Below the pieces are notes generated by a model. That model did no database searches. It was not told where the DNA came from and worked only from the letters and a program-made list of their open reading frames with translations. From Lama glama (lineage: Eukaryota), in NCBI GenBank assembly GCA_028534125.1, contig CM052816.1, positions 35,714,001 through 35,778,000 on the forward strand: DNA of 64,000 bases. Direction: 5' to 3'. The translations under genes were made by a program, and so were the position numbers. How positions within the stretch are numbered: the stretch's first letter is position 1; every line of letters begins with the position of its first letter. Positions 34,679 through 47,613 of this stretch are shown here, one piece after another.

Positions 34679-35883
34679 CATCTCACTCTGTCTGGTATTT
34701 ATAGAGCTGCTTAAAGGCCAGGTCCTTATTTAATAGTCATTGAACGTTCAGCACATGCTCACAGATCTCCTGCTATGTATATGGCATTGTTCTGGGGGTC
34801 TTGGTAAGAATGGAAGGAATGCAAGACTCTGTCTGCTAGGACTTACCATCTAATTGGAGAAAATAGACATGTACATATGAAATTTATGCTACAAAGTGGA
34901 TGAAGAGCTACAGGGAAGAAGGGGGTGCTCACCATGGGGATATGAGTATGAAGGGCTGGTGAGGGTCTGGATAGTTCACAGACTTGACATTCATAGGAAA
35001 GAATTATGTGTGTTTCATGATGTACATATGAAAGAATGCAGCTGGTTTGACTTTCTGCCTTTATGAATGGTAGAGATACACAACGGGTAGGAGTGAGAAT
35101 GTGTCCTAACTCTGTTGCTTCTTAACTGTCAACCCTGGGATACATCACTTTATCTTTTTCATCTATAAAATGTCTAACATACCTGGAGGAATTTTATATG
35201 AATTAGGCAAGACATAACCTAGGAAAGCGCTTTTAAACTCTAAAGAATACATAAAACTAAGTTTTTCCACTCTAGTTGCTTTTGTAAAAGTTGGTATACC
35301 TATGTACCATCCTCAATAGTCAGCTGTAAAAACTAATGCAAGCAGCTTCGGGCTTAATCCAGCGACTATCAGATAAAGATTTAAGGGTGCTTTTGGAAAA
35401 CTGTTAAATTACAAATGAATAGCTCCTCTCCTATGACATCTCTGTAAACACTAGAACCAGGAAGCTTCTAGAAGAGCACTCCTGGAGTTCGCTCAGGATC
35501 ACAGGGTAAGCAACGCACATCACACATGGCAGGAAAAGGCAGAGTGTTCATGATTCTGTCTGGTTATAAGAAACTGACTTCATAAAGGCTGAAACTTCAC
35601 AACAGCACTCACTGAATATAAAGCTCTCTGAGGATACAAGGATATATCTGGGATTAGAGCATCAGGGTTGGTTGACAAGGAAGTACAGATAAATCCCCAG
35701 GGACTGGACTCCAAGGCAGTGACTAGTCTGACATTTATTTCTCATTTTCCCCAGTCTGAGACTGTATGGCATCACAGGCCAGAAGTCACCCTCAGACCCT
35801 CCCAGTGGTCCCAGCCCACCCCACAAGGTCATCATGAGATACAAATGAGCTCAGGCTGCAGGAGAACTTTGCAAACTGGAAAG

Positions 35884-35995
35884 CAGTGTCTAGAAAAGTG
35901 TGATTCCAAACCAGCAGCAGCATCACCTGTTAGAAATGCAAATTCTCTGCTTCTACCTCCCACTACTGAGTCAGAAACTCAGGGGGAGGGTGGGG
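35884..35995. mobile_element. MER5A-like hAT MITE fragment
   Basis: CCAGCAGCAGCATCACCTGTTAGAAATGCAAATTCTC...CTACTGAGTCAGAAACTC. Confidence 0.8.
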
Positions 35996-36055
35996 CTGGG
36001 GTGGGGTGATCACCTAGGCCTTAGAATGTATGACTCTTACCACTTGGCTCCCAGT

Positions 36056-36166
36056 TAGGAGAACTATAGTCCTGGTTTGCCTGGGACTGTCCCAGTTTTA
36101 CCACTGAAAGTTTCCTGTTCCTAGAAACTCCTTAGTTCCAGGCAAACCAGGTTGGTTAGTCTCCTA
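36056..36166. mobile_element. MER81-like hAT-Blackjack MITE
   Basis: Inverted repeats CCTGGTTTGCCTGG ... CCAGGCAAACCAGG, TAGG...CCTA ends. Confidence 0.85.
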
Positions 36167-37179
36167 GAAAGGATTTCCCTAATGCTGTGTCTCTAGCTCA
36201 CCGCCTCCTTTCCTGCTGGCTCCTCCATCCACTCGCAACACCATAACCCCAGTGCCGACATTTATTGAGCCTTTCCTTGCCTATTGCAAAATCTTCCAGC
36301 CAGTGGAAGGCAAAGAACAGGGGTTTAGCATGAGGCAGAACTGATTCAGTACTGGCTCCATCCATTTGTTCATTCATGTGTTTATCTTTGTCTATACTCA
36401 TACAACAAACACTTACTGAGCAAGATGTTAAGAGTATAGAGATAGAGAGCTTGGCAATTTACTTAACTAGCTGTGTCTGAGCTTTCCCCTCTGTAATTAA
36501 AACCTCTTCATAGGACTGTGAGGATATAATGAAACCATAGATAAAAAGCACGTAGCTCAGGTCTGGAACCAAATGCGTGCTCCTTTTCATATTATATCTC
36601 TCCCCTCCGTTTCCTCCTGCTGTGTCACCATAGTCCAGCACTGATCATGTCACTCCACAATTCCGACTTCCGAAAGGCTCTCATTATTGATTACTCTGAG
36701 AGCCCACTCTTCAGCCCTGCTAATGGTCCTCCCTGTGCCTCAGACACACCCTGTAAACTCACGGATCCCTAAATGCTCCTCCAACTTCTTTCTCCTCCTT
36801 TTCGAACACATCCCGAGCCTCACTTTCCCCCTAAAAACTTCCACAAAGTACTTCGGATGTCAATTGCTCCAAGAAGCCCTTCTTGATCTCCTTAAGGGAA
36901 CAATGACCCTATTTCATCCTGTTGCTTTTCATGTCTTTGGGGAGTATGTGATGCTTATTCTAGTATCTTTCCAGGACCTGGCAGAGAGTAGAGGCTACGT
37001 ACAAGCCTTCCAGCGGCAAACACACTAAGCGGCCATTGTCATGTGACAGGCCCTGTGGGAGTACGGACACCAGAGGCGTCTTCAGAGGAGCCAAGAAGGC
37101 TCCTAGAATATGGCACGTGAGGCCTAAAAGAATTTTGCCAGCTGAAGGGCATTGGGCTATGAATTCTGTAAGGTCGGAA

Positions 37180-37580
37180 TCAACTCAAACGGCTACAGGT
37201 GTGAGGAAGGTAGCAGCGCATGCGCCAAGCAAACTGTGAGAAATGCCGCGTACGCAACACACGCAGCGGAGTCCACGGGGCGGGGCGGGGCGGGGGTGGG
37301 GGCAGGACTCTTCCGTTCCAGCCTCGCACTTCCGGGTAGGAGCGAATGCTCCGTGTCGTCAGGTTGTCGGCTGTGGTGAGAGGAGCCAGGACTTCTGAGG
37401 AGTTTCCTCCAGCAGACCTCTTTCCGCACAAGCACTCGTGCCGCCACGGCTCCAGGTGCTGTTCTGTTGACGCCTGGTTGTGGGGGTTGGTGTGGTTTTT
37501 CACGGACTCTCTAAAAGGACTTACTCTGATTCAGCGAGGACCTGGGGAAGTCCGAAAGGTTTCAACGCCAAGAGACTGTG
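37180..37580 (+). promoter_or_regulatory. CpG-rich housekeeping-type promoter and probable first exon
   Basis: NRF1 GCGCATGCGC 37216-37225, tandem GGGGCGGGG boxes 37277-37296, ETS CTTCCG at about 37310 and ACTTCCGG 37328-37335, donors GTGAGA 37376 and GTGAGT 37578; high CpG density. Confidence 0.8.
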
Positions 37581-40278
37581 AGTACCCCAGTTTTCCTTAT
37601 TGTTTGCGATAATAATATATTTATTTCCTGATTATGGTAAAAGATATGATGGTTTTTGTGATCCTGATAGATGTAAAAGGAATAGATATAGTTAAATACG
37701 TGAATTTTAAGATGAAAACTAGGCTAGGAGAATTTTTTTCCAAGCCACACTGTATTAAAAGGTGATACTATCACCAAACTTACAGGTAGACCTATTGTTA
37801 AGATTTAATTTCTCAAATTTTCACGTTTAATCTTGCTTTGTTTCAAAAGTGATGTTTTGGGAGAATTAAAACTGACCCTGAAATGCCCCTTACATGCACA
37901 AACACACGCTCACAAACTTACACTTGTGTATGAGGGGACCATGGGGTCTGTTTGCCTGGGATTATTTTTTTGCCCTGTTATTTTGATTGGTTTGTCTTGC
38001 TATCCAAGGAAACAATCAACAATCAATTTATGCTTATTAAATGATTAAAATGACTTCGTAATAGAAATAGTACAATTTTCACCTTGATGGTGATGAATAT
38101 TAATTAATGTAATTTTTGAAAAGTATGAAAGTTTTTGTTAGAAGGATATTACAAAAGGACATTTATCCCCATGAAAATTTTAGGCTGTGTTTATTGAAAT
38201 ATTACTCAGAAACCATGTAAAGCTTAGAAAAATAAAAGAGTTGCTTTAAATTCTGGGCTGTTTATTTTTCTCAGCTAAATTGCTTCTCTACAGAGAATGC
38301 TACTGACAAAAAGATGAAAATAGGCCAAGAAGCACTGTGGAAATTAATAAAAGCCCAGAGTGCTCTTTTTATAGGCGATATCCTCTGTGTGTCCAGGATA
38401 TTCAAAAGTGAATGAATCCAGTGTTGTATGAAACACTCCCATAAAGTATTTAACTTTATGAGAATTTCTGCATAGCAAATATTTTCTAATTTTTTTTTTT
38501 GTGAAATTGTCACTCACATAGACTTTGAACTAGTTAACTCCTGGGTAGGGGGGAAAAACACAGATTATTTTGAAGAACGGGGAAAAAGCCAAACCCGTTG
38601 TAGGCCAGAATTACTTGTCTCTGGTTTTGAAAGATTTTTCAGCTTTTTAAGAAAAGAGAATTAGCATAAAGTATTTCCGGGGCATCTCTTAAGGCTGAAA
38701 ACTGAAGAAAATTGAAATAATGGCCCTTGTGTTGGGCTTCCTTCCTCCAAAGCTGAAAACTCTTCCATATGTTTGCTGTCTTACCCCTCCTCTCTCTCCA
38801 CTCAGTCTCTTTGGTTTCCGGAATCACTGGTCATATTTTCCTGCTTCTCTATTTTGCCGCTGTTATTTGAGAACAGCAAGATGTCCATGAGAATCGTTCT
38901 CCTCATTGGAATGTTGTGTCCTTGTATCAGTGATTAGAACACTGGAATCTCAGGGGCTCAAACTCTTCACAAGGGTGCAGTGTGCATTTTGTCTTCTGCA
39001 TCCTGAGGTCTAAATTCCTCCTCAGATTTTAAACGAGTGAAGAAAAAAACTCAGTTCTTTGGCTGTGGGCAACAACAAACGTGGGTCCGTGCAAGAGCCA
39101 GGAGACAGCACCAGACCCATGCAGGGCCAGACCTCTGCAGGGCTGCTAATTACCGTTAGCAGTGGTGCACTGACCACTGCTTCTTGGGGCTTAGAAAAAC
39201 GGACATGCCATTCGGGCAACAGCTCAGACTTAGTCGAGTATAGGGAGGTGCCCGTGCCTGAACACCTGGCTCAAATTAGAGCTTGTTAAGGGGCATCTGG
39301 GAACCACATTGAATGGACTTGCCTCATAAGAGGGATGATTTAATGCTGAGACCCATTTGAACTCTTTATTTCATGCAGAATCAGGACATGCATTAGAATT
39401 TAAAACCCTATCAAACTCACTATGTAAACTTCTTTGTGAGGGCAAAGCTCATCCCTAAAGCTCCACATCCCCATCACACTTTAGACTCAAGTGTACTTTA
39501 TACATTGAAAAGCAGACTGCATTTTCTATACCTATTGCCTACTGACTTTCCCAGTTAGTTGATTTCTTTGCTCCATTGTGTTCACCTGTGCTGTTAGATT
39601 TGATGTCCCTTTTCCTCTGTTTAAAACTGGGTTCTTCAGGAATGATCTTGAGTCAGTCATTTCTACCTTAATGAGAACTAGAATATGTATATCTCTTCTC
39701 CCAGATGTTTCTACTTACCTATAATAAGTTAAGCATGTAGTGGTAAATTTTACAGGTAACATTCAGGCAAGACTGGAGTGAACTTAGATGAGTCATAAAC
39801 ATTTTAGTTCTCTACCCTAGCAGTTCTCAGTTAGAGGCCTGACATCTTCTCTTGGTGGAATGGCCTTGAGTGGCCAGTCATTAGTGTGAAGGCTCTCCTG
39901 CTATTTCCAGCTAACCATTTAGAAGTTCTGTTTCTTACATCCTCCATAGGAATCCTCTCCCCTGCAATGTATGAGTTAGGTAACTTACGCTCTTCAAAAG
40001 CACAGGATAAAACTTAAAGAGGCCTGAAGGTCAAGGAGCTAAGAGAAGATTCACAAATCTCTTCACCTGCCTTTATAACATGTAGGTTGCCATGGTGATG
40101 GGAGGATGTGAATTAGGAAAAGATGAGGGGATGCTGTAAAACTTTTCTGGATGTTTCCTCTGAGTCTAGCCTAGCCCAAGATACTGCTTGATTTTCATAA
40201 TGTGATGAAGAGTAAACACACCTGGATTCTTTCTTCTATCACCTCTGCTTTCTCCGTGCTTCTCTGAGACCTTAATAG

Positions 40279-40376
40279 GACCATCATTGCCAGAGGATGG
40301 TGCTTCTACAGTTTGCATTCTGAGTTTTGCTTTTAATTGTGAAATGAAAAACTGTTGAAATTTCAAGCCTCGTGAG
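40279..40376 (+). other. candidate non-coding internal exon (98 nt)
   Basis: Long pyrimidine tract then TAATAG|G; donor GAG|GTATGT; stops in all three frames. Confidence 0.35.
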
Positions 40377-41299
40377 GTATGTAGATGATTTGGGTGAGGG
40401 TCAGGAAGGAGATCATGCGCTCGAGCTTGTATTATGAGTAAGGTTGACTCTCCTGCTCCATCCTCAGGAGCCACAGCAAGAGAGGAGGGGGACAGAATGA
40501 GTCTTTCCTTGTGTTTTCCTAATCAGTGCAGAAATCAAGCCTTTCTGAAATATTTCTCAGTAACTAAGGACTCTCACTGAGGACAGCATACCTCTTATGT
40601 AGACAGAGAGGGCCAGAGCCCCTAGTCACCATGTCGTTGACCGTCTGATTATAGCTACTTAAGGTTTACAAGGCAAACACTAAGCAAATACATGCCTCAT
40701 GACTAGAAGAATTTGACTTACAGGCCTCCATGCAGCCCCTGGCCCTAGAGAGCTGGGGGGACCCAAGGCTGGTGTCTCAAGTCTGTCACTTACAACTTTA
40801 TACTAGTGTTGGCCCTCCACATCTTACTAGTCAGAAGGCAAGAAAAGGAAGAAAATGGTAGACATAAAAGCAAGAGAGCAGTCTTCCCCCTGGAGCCTAG
40901 AGCATGTGGCCTCTGCTACACACGACCTGGATCCTGGTACCTGAAGCCCACCTTAGACCCACTGGGCTCTCTACAGGGGAGAACAGGAGAGAAGCAGCCT
41001 TCTTCATAGGCTGCAAGAGGCCTGGTTTCATTCATCATACCTGTGTGAGAGGGGACTGAGGGAGGGAGACAAATGTGCCCAAAGAGGCAATCCACAGAGG
41101 GTATTTGTTTAGGCAAAAGAGCTTTAAACCTCTTTGTCTGCTTGAGTGTCCCACAGTCCAGAGACTAATGGCCTAGTACTTTCTATGGTCTGGATCCCTA
41201 GCCCTGTCCCTCCTCTTCCTCAGAACTCCTCTGGACGAGGACCGTCTCATAATCCTTGATGCCTGTATGGTCTAGTCGAGTCATTTCAACATGTGAAAG

Positions 41300-41535
41300 A
41301 GGCCAAGTAGGGACTGGAGGGGACTGGAGGACACAGTGGGAATAGCTACTCAATTCCAGCCGATGGTCGCCACGAGAAAATGCATTGCCAGCCCTCCAAT
41401 TTGGGGAGTGAAGCTAGCTAGGAATTCAGATTTTTATATGAATCTCTTGTTCTTAGAATGCTCACTCAGTTTTTACAAAAACACAAAAACTTTATACCAG
41501 ATGTAGCCTGTGGATGCCAGTTACACATCTTTGCC
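41300..41535. mobile_element. hAT-Charlie MITE (MER103-like)
   Basis: GAAGCTAG...ATTCAGATTTTTATATGAATCTC...CCAGATGTAGCCTGTGGATGCCAGTT. Confidence 0.55.
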
Positions 41536-41719
41536 CTGAAGCTTAGACATTAAAACAGCATTTTCCTAGATTGATCTTAAGAAGTGTTGTATGAAAAATT
41601 ATGTTTGGGAAATTCAAGATAAGAGTGAGTCACTCACACATGGTGAAGGCCATACCATAGCTTATATTTTAGGACATTCAAACATAGCTAAAGAGAATAG
41701 TTGCAAAAGGATGTGTCTA

Positions 41720-42405
41720 GAATCCAGTTGCTTCTTCCTAACTTCCTACCCTGGTCCAAGCTGCCATCATCTCTTGCTTGGATCATGGCAGTGACCTCCA
41801 AAGTCATCTGCCTGTGTCTATAATTGCCCCTTATCTCAACACTGCAATCAGAGATCTATTCAAAACATGTCAGATCATGACCCTCCTCTGCTCAAAATAC
41901 TACAGTGGCTCCATGTCGCTCAGACCCAAAGCCCAAGTCCTTAGAATGGTCTACAAGGTCCTCCGTGCTCTGGTCCCATTCTTCTCTGACCTCCTTGCTA
42001 CTACTATCTCCCTTGCTCATTCTACTCACACACCTCCCAACTTTGAACTTTGGCTGTTCCCACTGCCTTATTCTTTCCCCTTATTTCCATATACCTCTTT
42101 AATGAAGAAGCCTGTCCTGACAGCTCAATTTAAAATTGTCATTCACTTCCACCCCTGGCACTCCCTATCCCCGTTACTGGGCTTTACTTTTTCTTTTCAT
42201 CCATAACACACATCCCTTCCATGAGAACTTGTAATTTGCTTTTTCTGTCTATCGCTGATTATCTTCCCCCTTGAAAATGTAAGCTCCAAGAGGCCAGAAA
42301 TGTTTGTCTGTTTTGTTCGCTAATATATTTCCAGTCCATAGCCTCTGGCTTGCACCACGCACAGTGGGAACACTCACTGCATCTTTGCTGGAATTAATGA
42401 ATGAA
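41720..42405 (+). mobile_element. L2 LINE 3' part
   Basis: CCCTGGTCCAAGCTGCCATCATCTCTTGCTTGGA...AATGTAAGCTCCAAGAGG...AATGAATGAA. Confidence 0.9.
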
Positions 42406-43879
42406 CAGAATTATGCATGGAAACCTATCTCTGCAGAAAGCCCAGTGCCCTGCCGTGGTTGTAATGCTGTAAAGAATAACTGGCACAGCCTGAGGCTTGT
42501 TTTGTGGTTGGATTGAATGTGAAGATTCCGTGGCTCATTAATGTGTCAGGGACCACACAGAACGAGGGCGCAGAGAAAACCACAGGCTTTGTGAGTCTGG
42601 CTTTCATGAAGGTACTGCAGGGGCCCGCAGGCCTGGGAGTGGTGGGTCTGAACTGGTGTCTAAGGTGCGGAGCCCCACGCTCTCCCCGCCGCTTTGAAAT
42701 CTGGTCTGGGATGAAGTCTCCTTGGCAGAAACTTGGTCCCCACAGCCCTGACTAATGTTCCATTAAGACCTTGAGGTAGCGAAACCACTTCTCCCCGGAG
42801 CTCAGATTGAGCCCTGGCAGAAAGACAGGCCATCCATCCCTGCATGCTGGCAACTGGCCTCTCCTCAACATCTGTTCCTTTCATTTTTCCTGTTACCACA
42901 CGCGCGCCAATTAATTTTTAACTCCATTAACACATACTTCCTGCCACACCACCCACCGTCCCTGTTCTCTTCTCGGTGATCTTCCTTCAGACCTACTCTC
43001 AGGAGAGGGAGCCTTCTCAGAGCGTGATCCCACGTGAGCCTGACTGAGAGAGTTGATGTATCAGTGGAATCTTATTTCAATCTTAGCCTCTCACACACTT
43101 TTTAAATGAAAACTGCACACAGCACGAGACACTGCATAGCTTACTGTAAGGACTTTTAACTTGAAAACATGAATTGCTGGCCATGCAGAGAGGTCCTAAT
43201 CTAGACTGAAACACCCCTCCCATCACCTATTAGTTGTGTCCTACCTAGAGAAAGCCTAGGATTGATGACCATTTGGGGAAGAGTCTGAGAGCCCGCCAGA
43301 ATCTACAAAGCTTGGGAAAGGAGTTTACAAGGAGCTGACCTGTGAGAACTATGGACAGTCCTTAGTCACCTTGACAGATGAGACCTGAGAGGACAGCCTT
43401 CAAGCTCTGGAGCTCCTAAGAGTTAGGAAAAGAACCAGATTGAATCACTTGAGTGGCTTCATGGGAGAAAAGGTCAAGAGCCCTGGGTCTTTTGGTTAGC
43501 CTGGCCTCAAATTCTCCATAGTTTGGATCACATAAATCCTCCCTCCGGGCCTTTGCTCACTTCCCCCTCCCAACCCAATTCCATCTATCTTAAAAGCCGG
43601 CCATATTTCCCTCTCTTTTGGACCCTGCCTGACTACCTCAGTCCAATAAATCCGATGTTTGGAGATCACCTTGAATCCCTAGTGCCCTTGGCACACAGTT
43701 TAGCATTCCATTGTTTTGGGTTATTTCATACATGTTGATTCTTTCCCCTACTACCTTATCAAATAATATTCTCCGTAAGTCAGTGTTGTTACAGTAATAA
43801 AGTGAGGACCTCAGAGAGGTCCAGGCTAACCAGGATAGTGTAACTTAAAGGAATTGGGCTGTGGTTCCAATGTGGAGAA

Positions 43880-44152
43880 TGATAATACACACACTGGAGG
43901 CATACACCGCAAGAGAGTCAGAAGGTGATCCACTCAAGTGAGAGAAGACACTGTTGGAACTTCTATTTACATTTACTTTTCAGTTTCATCCTCTTAAGAT
44001 CTCTACTGAGTGTGTATAATGTATCATACCTGTATTAGTACAGAAGTATAGGTGCACATAATTTATAAATAAATACAGATAAATGGGAGGGGCTAGGTCA
44101 AAGTTATTTTATAAGTAGGTGTGCAATCAAAAAAATCTCTGAGAGTGCTGGC
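43880..44152. mobile_element. hAT-Charlie-type non-autonomous element
   Basis: GGAACTTCTATTTACATTT...GTGTGCAATCAAAAAAATCTCTGAGAGTGCTG resembles recalled Charlie-family ends. Confidence 0.45.
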
Positions 44153-44574
44153 ATAGAAGTCCAAAAAGAAAAAGAAATATCTTGATCTGTCTGCATATTT
44201 CTAAATAAGATGAAAAGAAAGACTCTGACTTTAAAAGGAACCAGACTAATACATCATCATAAAATGTAACCTCGAACCACTGGCATTTCTTGCTATGATC
44301 AGTACTATGACTTTTGAGGAATCTTTCCTTTTAAAAGTACTTGGTTCTGAGATTTCAAATATAGCAAGTTATTTTTATGAGTTGTGGGACCAGAAAGAGT
44401 GAGTATTCATCTCTGAATAAGGGTAATCAAGGATTTGAAACTGGATAGATCCTCTCGAGTCTTTACTTGCTAAATGCTCCTTTCTGACTGTGAGGATGGG
44501 AGTAAAGGAGAGAGAACTGAGTGCCTGCCATGAGACTGACCAACAGATGCTACAAATTTTGTGTAGTCTGAATA

Positions 44575-45123
44575 TGCAGTGAAAAGTTAACTAGCAGGCC
44601 TTGGTTGTTCAAACCCTTCATATTCCAAAGAAAAGACTGGCCCTTGACTGGCTCCTGGGAGATAACTTCTAAATCTTCAGAATATCCTACTTGATAAGTG
44701 GGACTTGGCATTTGAGGGGCCTTGGGTCATCCCAGATAGTTTATGTTAATGATATGATTGATGGTGGAAGCCTTGGGCCACACTCTATCAGTTTGACCTT
44801 GTGGGTGGGCAGGAGTCTGAGTAGCTATGATCAGTACTCCAGGCCTCCATTACCACCCCCAAGAGCAACCCTGGACACCAAGGCTCAGATAAGCTTCCCT
44901 GTTTGACAGTACTCTGTACATATTGCTGCACATCATTGCTGGCAGAATTAAGCAATGTCTGTAGACTCCAACTGAGAGAGGACAGCTGGAAGCTTATGTC
45001 TGCACTGTACTCCTTTTCCCAGTTTTGATGTGTATCTGTTCCTTGGAATAAGCTGTGACTGTAGGCTTAGTTCTGAGTCTGTCTAGCAGAGAGTCTGAGG
45101 GGGTCTTGGGGAAGGTCAGCACA
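44575..45123 (+). mobile_element. ERVL LTR (MER77/MER68-like)
   Basis: TGCAGTGAAAAGTTAACTAGCAGGCCT start; ACCCTGGACACCAAGGCTCAG; GAGGGGGTCTTGGGG end. Confidence 0.7.
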
Positions 45124-45149
45124 CTGATGAGCATGCTCTTGCTCACAGT

Positions 45150-45500
45150 CTGTCATCTGACCTCACTGCATGAAGGAGGGACGTGCAGCTCCTGGAGGTG
45201 GAAGTGGCTTGCCCAAGTTCGCACAGCTGGAAAATAACAGAGCCAAGGATCCAAATCCAGCATTGTTTGAAACTGAAACTTGTACTCAGATTTCCTGCAA
45301 TCAAAAACCTCTGGCACTTACTCTCTTTGTGACTTTGTCCAAATTACTTCACATTTCTGTGTCTTCAGTTGCTTTGTCTGTAAAATGGGGATGGTGATAA
45401 CTGCCTCAAAGGACTATTACAGTGAGGATTTAATGAGATAGTGTGTGTACAGATACTTAGAAGAATGTCTGGCATATGGTGAACACTTAGCAGTTATTAA
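45150..45500. mobile_element. two adjacent MIR fragments in opposite orientation
   Basis: AAGTGGCTTGCCCAAG (minus) then GTCTGTAAAATGGGGATGGTGATAA (plus). Confidence 0.75.
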
Positions 45501-45579
45501 TTTATTTAATTATGTTGATGAAAGTGGTGCTTGAGACTATTTATTCTAAACTGAAGAAACAGGCCACTGGGTATATAGA

Positions 45580-45630
45580 TGTGTGTGTGTGTGCGCATGC
45601 GTGTGCGTGCAGGCACACACTTACACATAC
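45580..45630. repeat. (TG)n/(CA)n alternating purine-pyrimidine tract
   Basis: Directly visible. Confidence 0.85.
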
Positions 45631-45639
45631 CAGCTATTC

Positions 45640-47160
45640 CCAAGTCTCATCCCTGCTGCACCTTCACACACCATTTCTTCATGTGCTTTTGATCCAGGTT
45701 GACCTGTCAAACTGAGGGCAAAGACCTGGGGTCTGTGCTCTCTCTCTCTGCTCCACGATGGGTGTTCCATTGCCAGAGGCAGCCGTTTTCGTCTTTGGCT
45801 GAAGTTGATGCCGATGGCCAAGTGGAGAGATGTGCTTGAGCGGCTGAATTCTTGGATGCTGCCCTACTTTTAGGTTTCCCGTTATAAGAGATAACACATT
45901 TCATTGTTATTTAGTCACTGTGAGTTAGGGATTTTTTTTCTGTTTGTTTGTAACGTAAAACCAAAAGCATCTTAACTAACACAACCCAAAGTTCTTTGTT
46001 GATTTTCAACTTTGTTACTCAAGTCTTAGAAAGTCTAAAGACAAAGAAACTTCTCTTTCCTTCAGTCGACTAGAATTCTTTGGTTGTAGGAAAGAGAAAA
46101 CCAATTCAAACTTGTTGGACCACCAGGAGGTTACACTGGTTCACATAACAGAAAATTCCCAAAGCAGAGTGAACACCAAGTGTGGTTTAATCGGGGCTCT
46201 GGCTCCATTTCTCTGCGTTTTCCCAGCTCTGTCTTTCTGTCTGTATCAGCTTCATCCTCAGACTGGCCTGGTAAGATAAGTAAGTGGCTGGTTCTGTGTG
46301 TTGCGCTTCCGGAAGCCATTTCCCGCTCCTGGGCACCTCCACATGAGGTGGGACTCTGCTTCTGTTTTGTGTGTCATCAAGATTCCCTGACCTCAGGAAG
46401 GTGGGTCCTGGGTCTGGTTTAGACGTAGGTGTATTACCCAGTCCTAGTTCTGAGATGCCTGAGAATACTTTTTTGTCCCCAATGGAAGGAGAACCGGAAG
46501 GCATGTGAAGAGAAATAAGGTCCTGTGTCTGCACCTCAATTTCAGAGTGTGAGGATGGAGCTACTGTGATTATGAGGCCTAGGGAATCATGGAGACGTTG
46601 CCTCAAAACCATTGAACTAATGCCTGCAACCTCTAATCTCTGATCTTCTTGTTCTTTACAGACTACTTCAATCAGGCAATCAAGTATTTTGGTTACTTTT
46701 AGCTGAAAGCATCTTTTATATATATATATATGTATTTTTGTTGTTGTTGCTGAAGTATAGTCAGTTTACAATATTGTGTCAATTTCTGGTGTACAGCATA
46801 ATGCTTCAGTTATACATGAACATATGTTGTAGTAACTTATGGAGAAAGCATTCTTGGTTATTTATTTATTTATTTTTTAAGCATTGTTGATTAATACAGA
46901 CAACCAGCAGCAGCCAGGGTTACATGCTTCCTTGTTCACATCCAAGGAGAGAGAAGCTACTACAAACTCTGCCCACTGAGTGAAAGTCCTGAAGTTCATT
47001 CTGATTGACCCATCCGTGCACTAGTGTGGCCCCTGGAGTGACTCACCCCTGAATGCCTTAGTCCAAAATGAAATCAGTTTCTCCCAAGCCAGAAATCGAG
47101 CATGTGATGATTTGGGGAAAATAACCACAATGTATACCACATATCTCAAATAGCACAGAC
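45640..47160. mobile_element. cluster of old MLT1-family LTR fragments
   Basis: 3' ends AAAAGCATCTTAACTAACACA (about 45965-45983) and GTTACTTTTAGCTGAAAGCATC (about 46692-46713); antisense start at about 46065. Confidence 0.55.
46716..46843 (-). mobile_element. short L1 3' insertion with TSD and apparent 5' inversion
   Basis: GAAGTATAGTCAGTTTACAATATTGTGTCAATTTCTGGTGTACAGCA; TSD GAAAGCATCTT / GAAAGCATTCTT. Confidence 0.8.
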
Positions 47161-47173
47161 AAATATTAATAAG

Positions 47174-47613
47174 TGAGGTGGTGGGCCTGGAGGTGTGCTG
47201 CTCAGATGTCTCTTCAGAAGAACTTTCTGTGAGGCGTGTATTCAGCTGACACCCTCCAACAGTGGCACCTGCAGACCCATCATGCTGTTCATGCTGAGGT
47301 GGGGGTGCAGGATTCAGGCCGCCCCTGCTCACTGGGGGACTCCTTGGCTATCAGTCTTGCTCTTGGGCTCTCCAGCAACTGTTACTGAGACAGAACAGCT
47401 CTGTACTGTGAGGCTCCCCTAACAGGTCTCCTGTCCTTCTCTCCTGTCTCAGGAGTCACACCTGCATATTGATCTGATGACTGCCCCCTCTCCCCACATA
47501 CACCTGTTCCTGCTCCTTCTTCCTCTTCCTCTTCCCAGGCATTTTCTCTAGTAAATCTCTTACATATCGAGTTCTTTCATTGAGTCTCTTCCTCACAAGC
47601 CCAAACTGACACA
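47174..47613 (+). mobile_element. ERVL LTR (LTR33-like)
   Basis: GGAGGTGTGCTGCTCAGATGTCTCTTCAGAAG start; TAGTAAATCTCTTACAT...CCCAAACTGACACA end. Confidence 0.7.
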
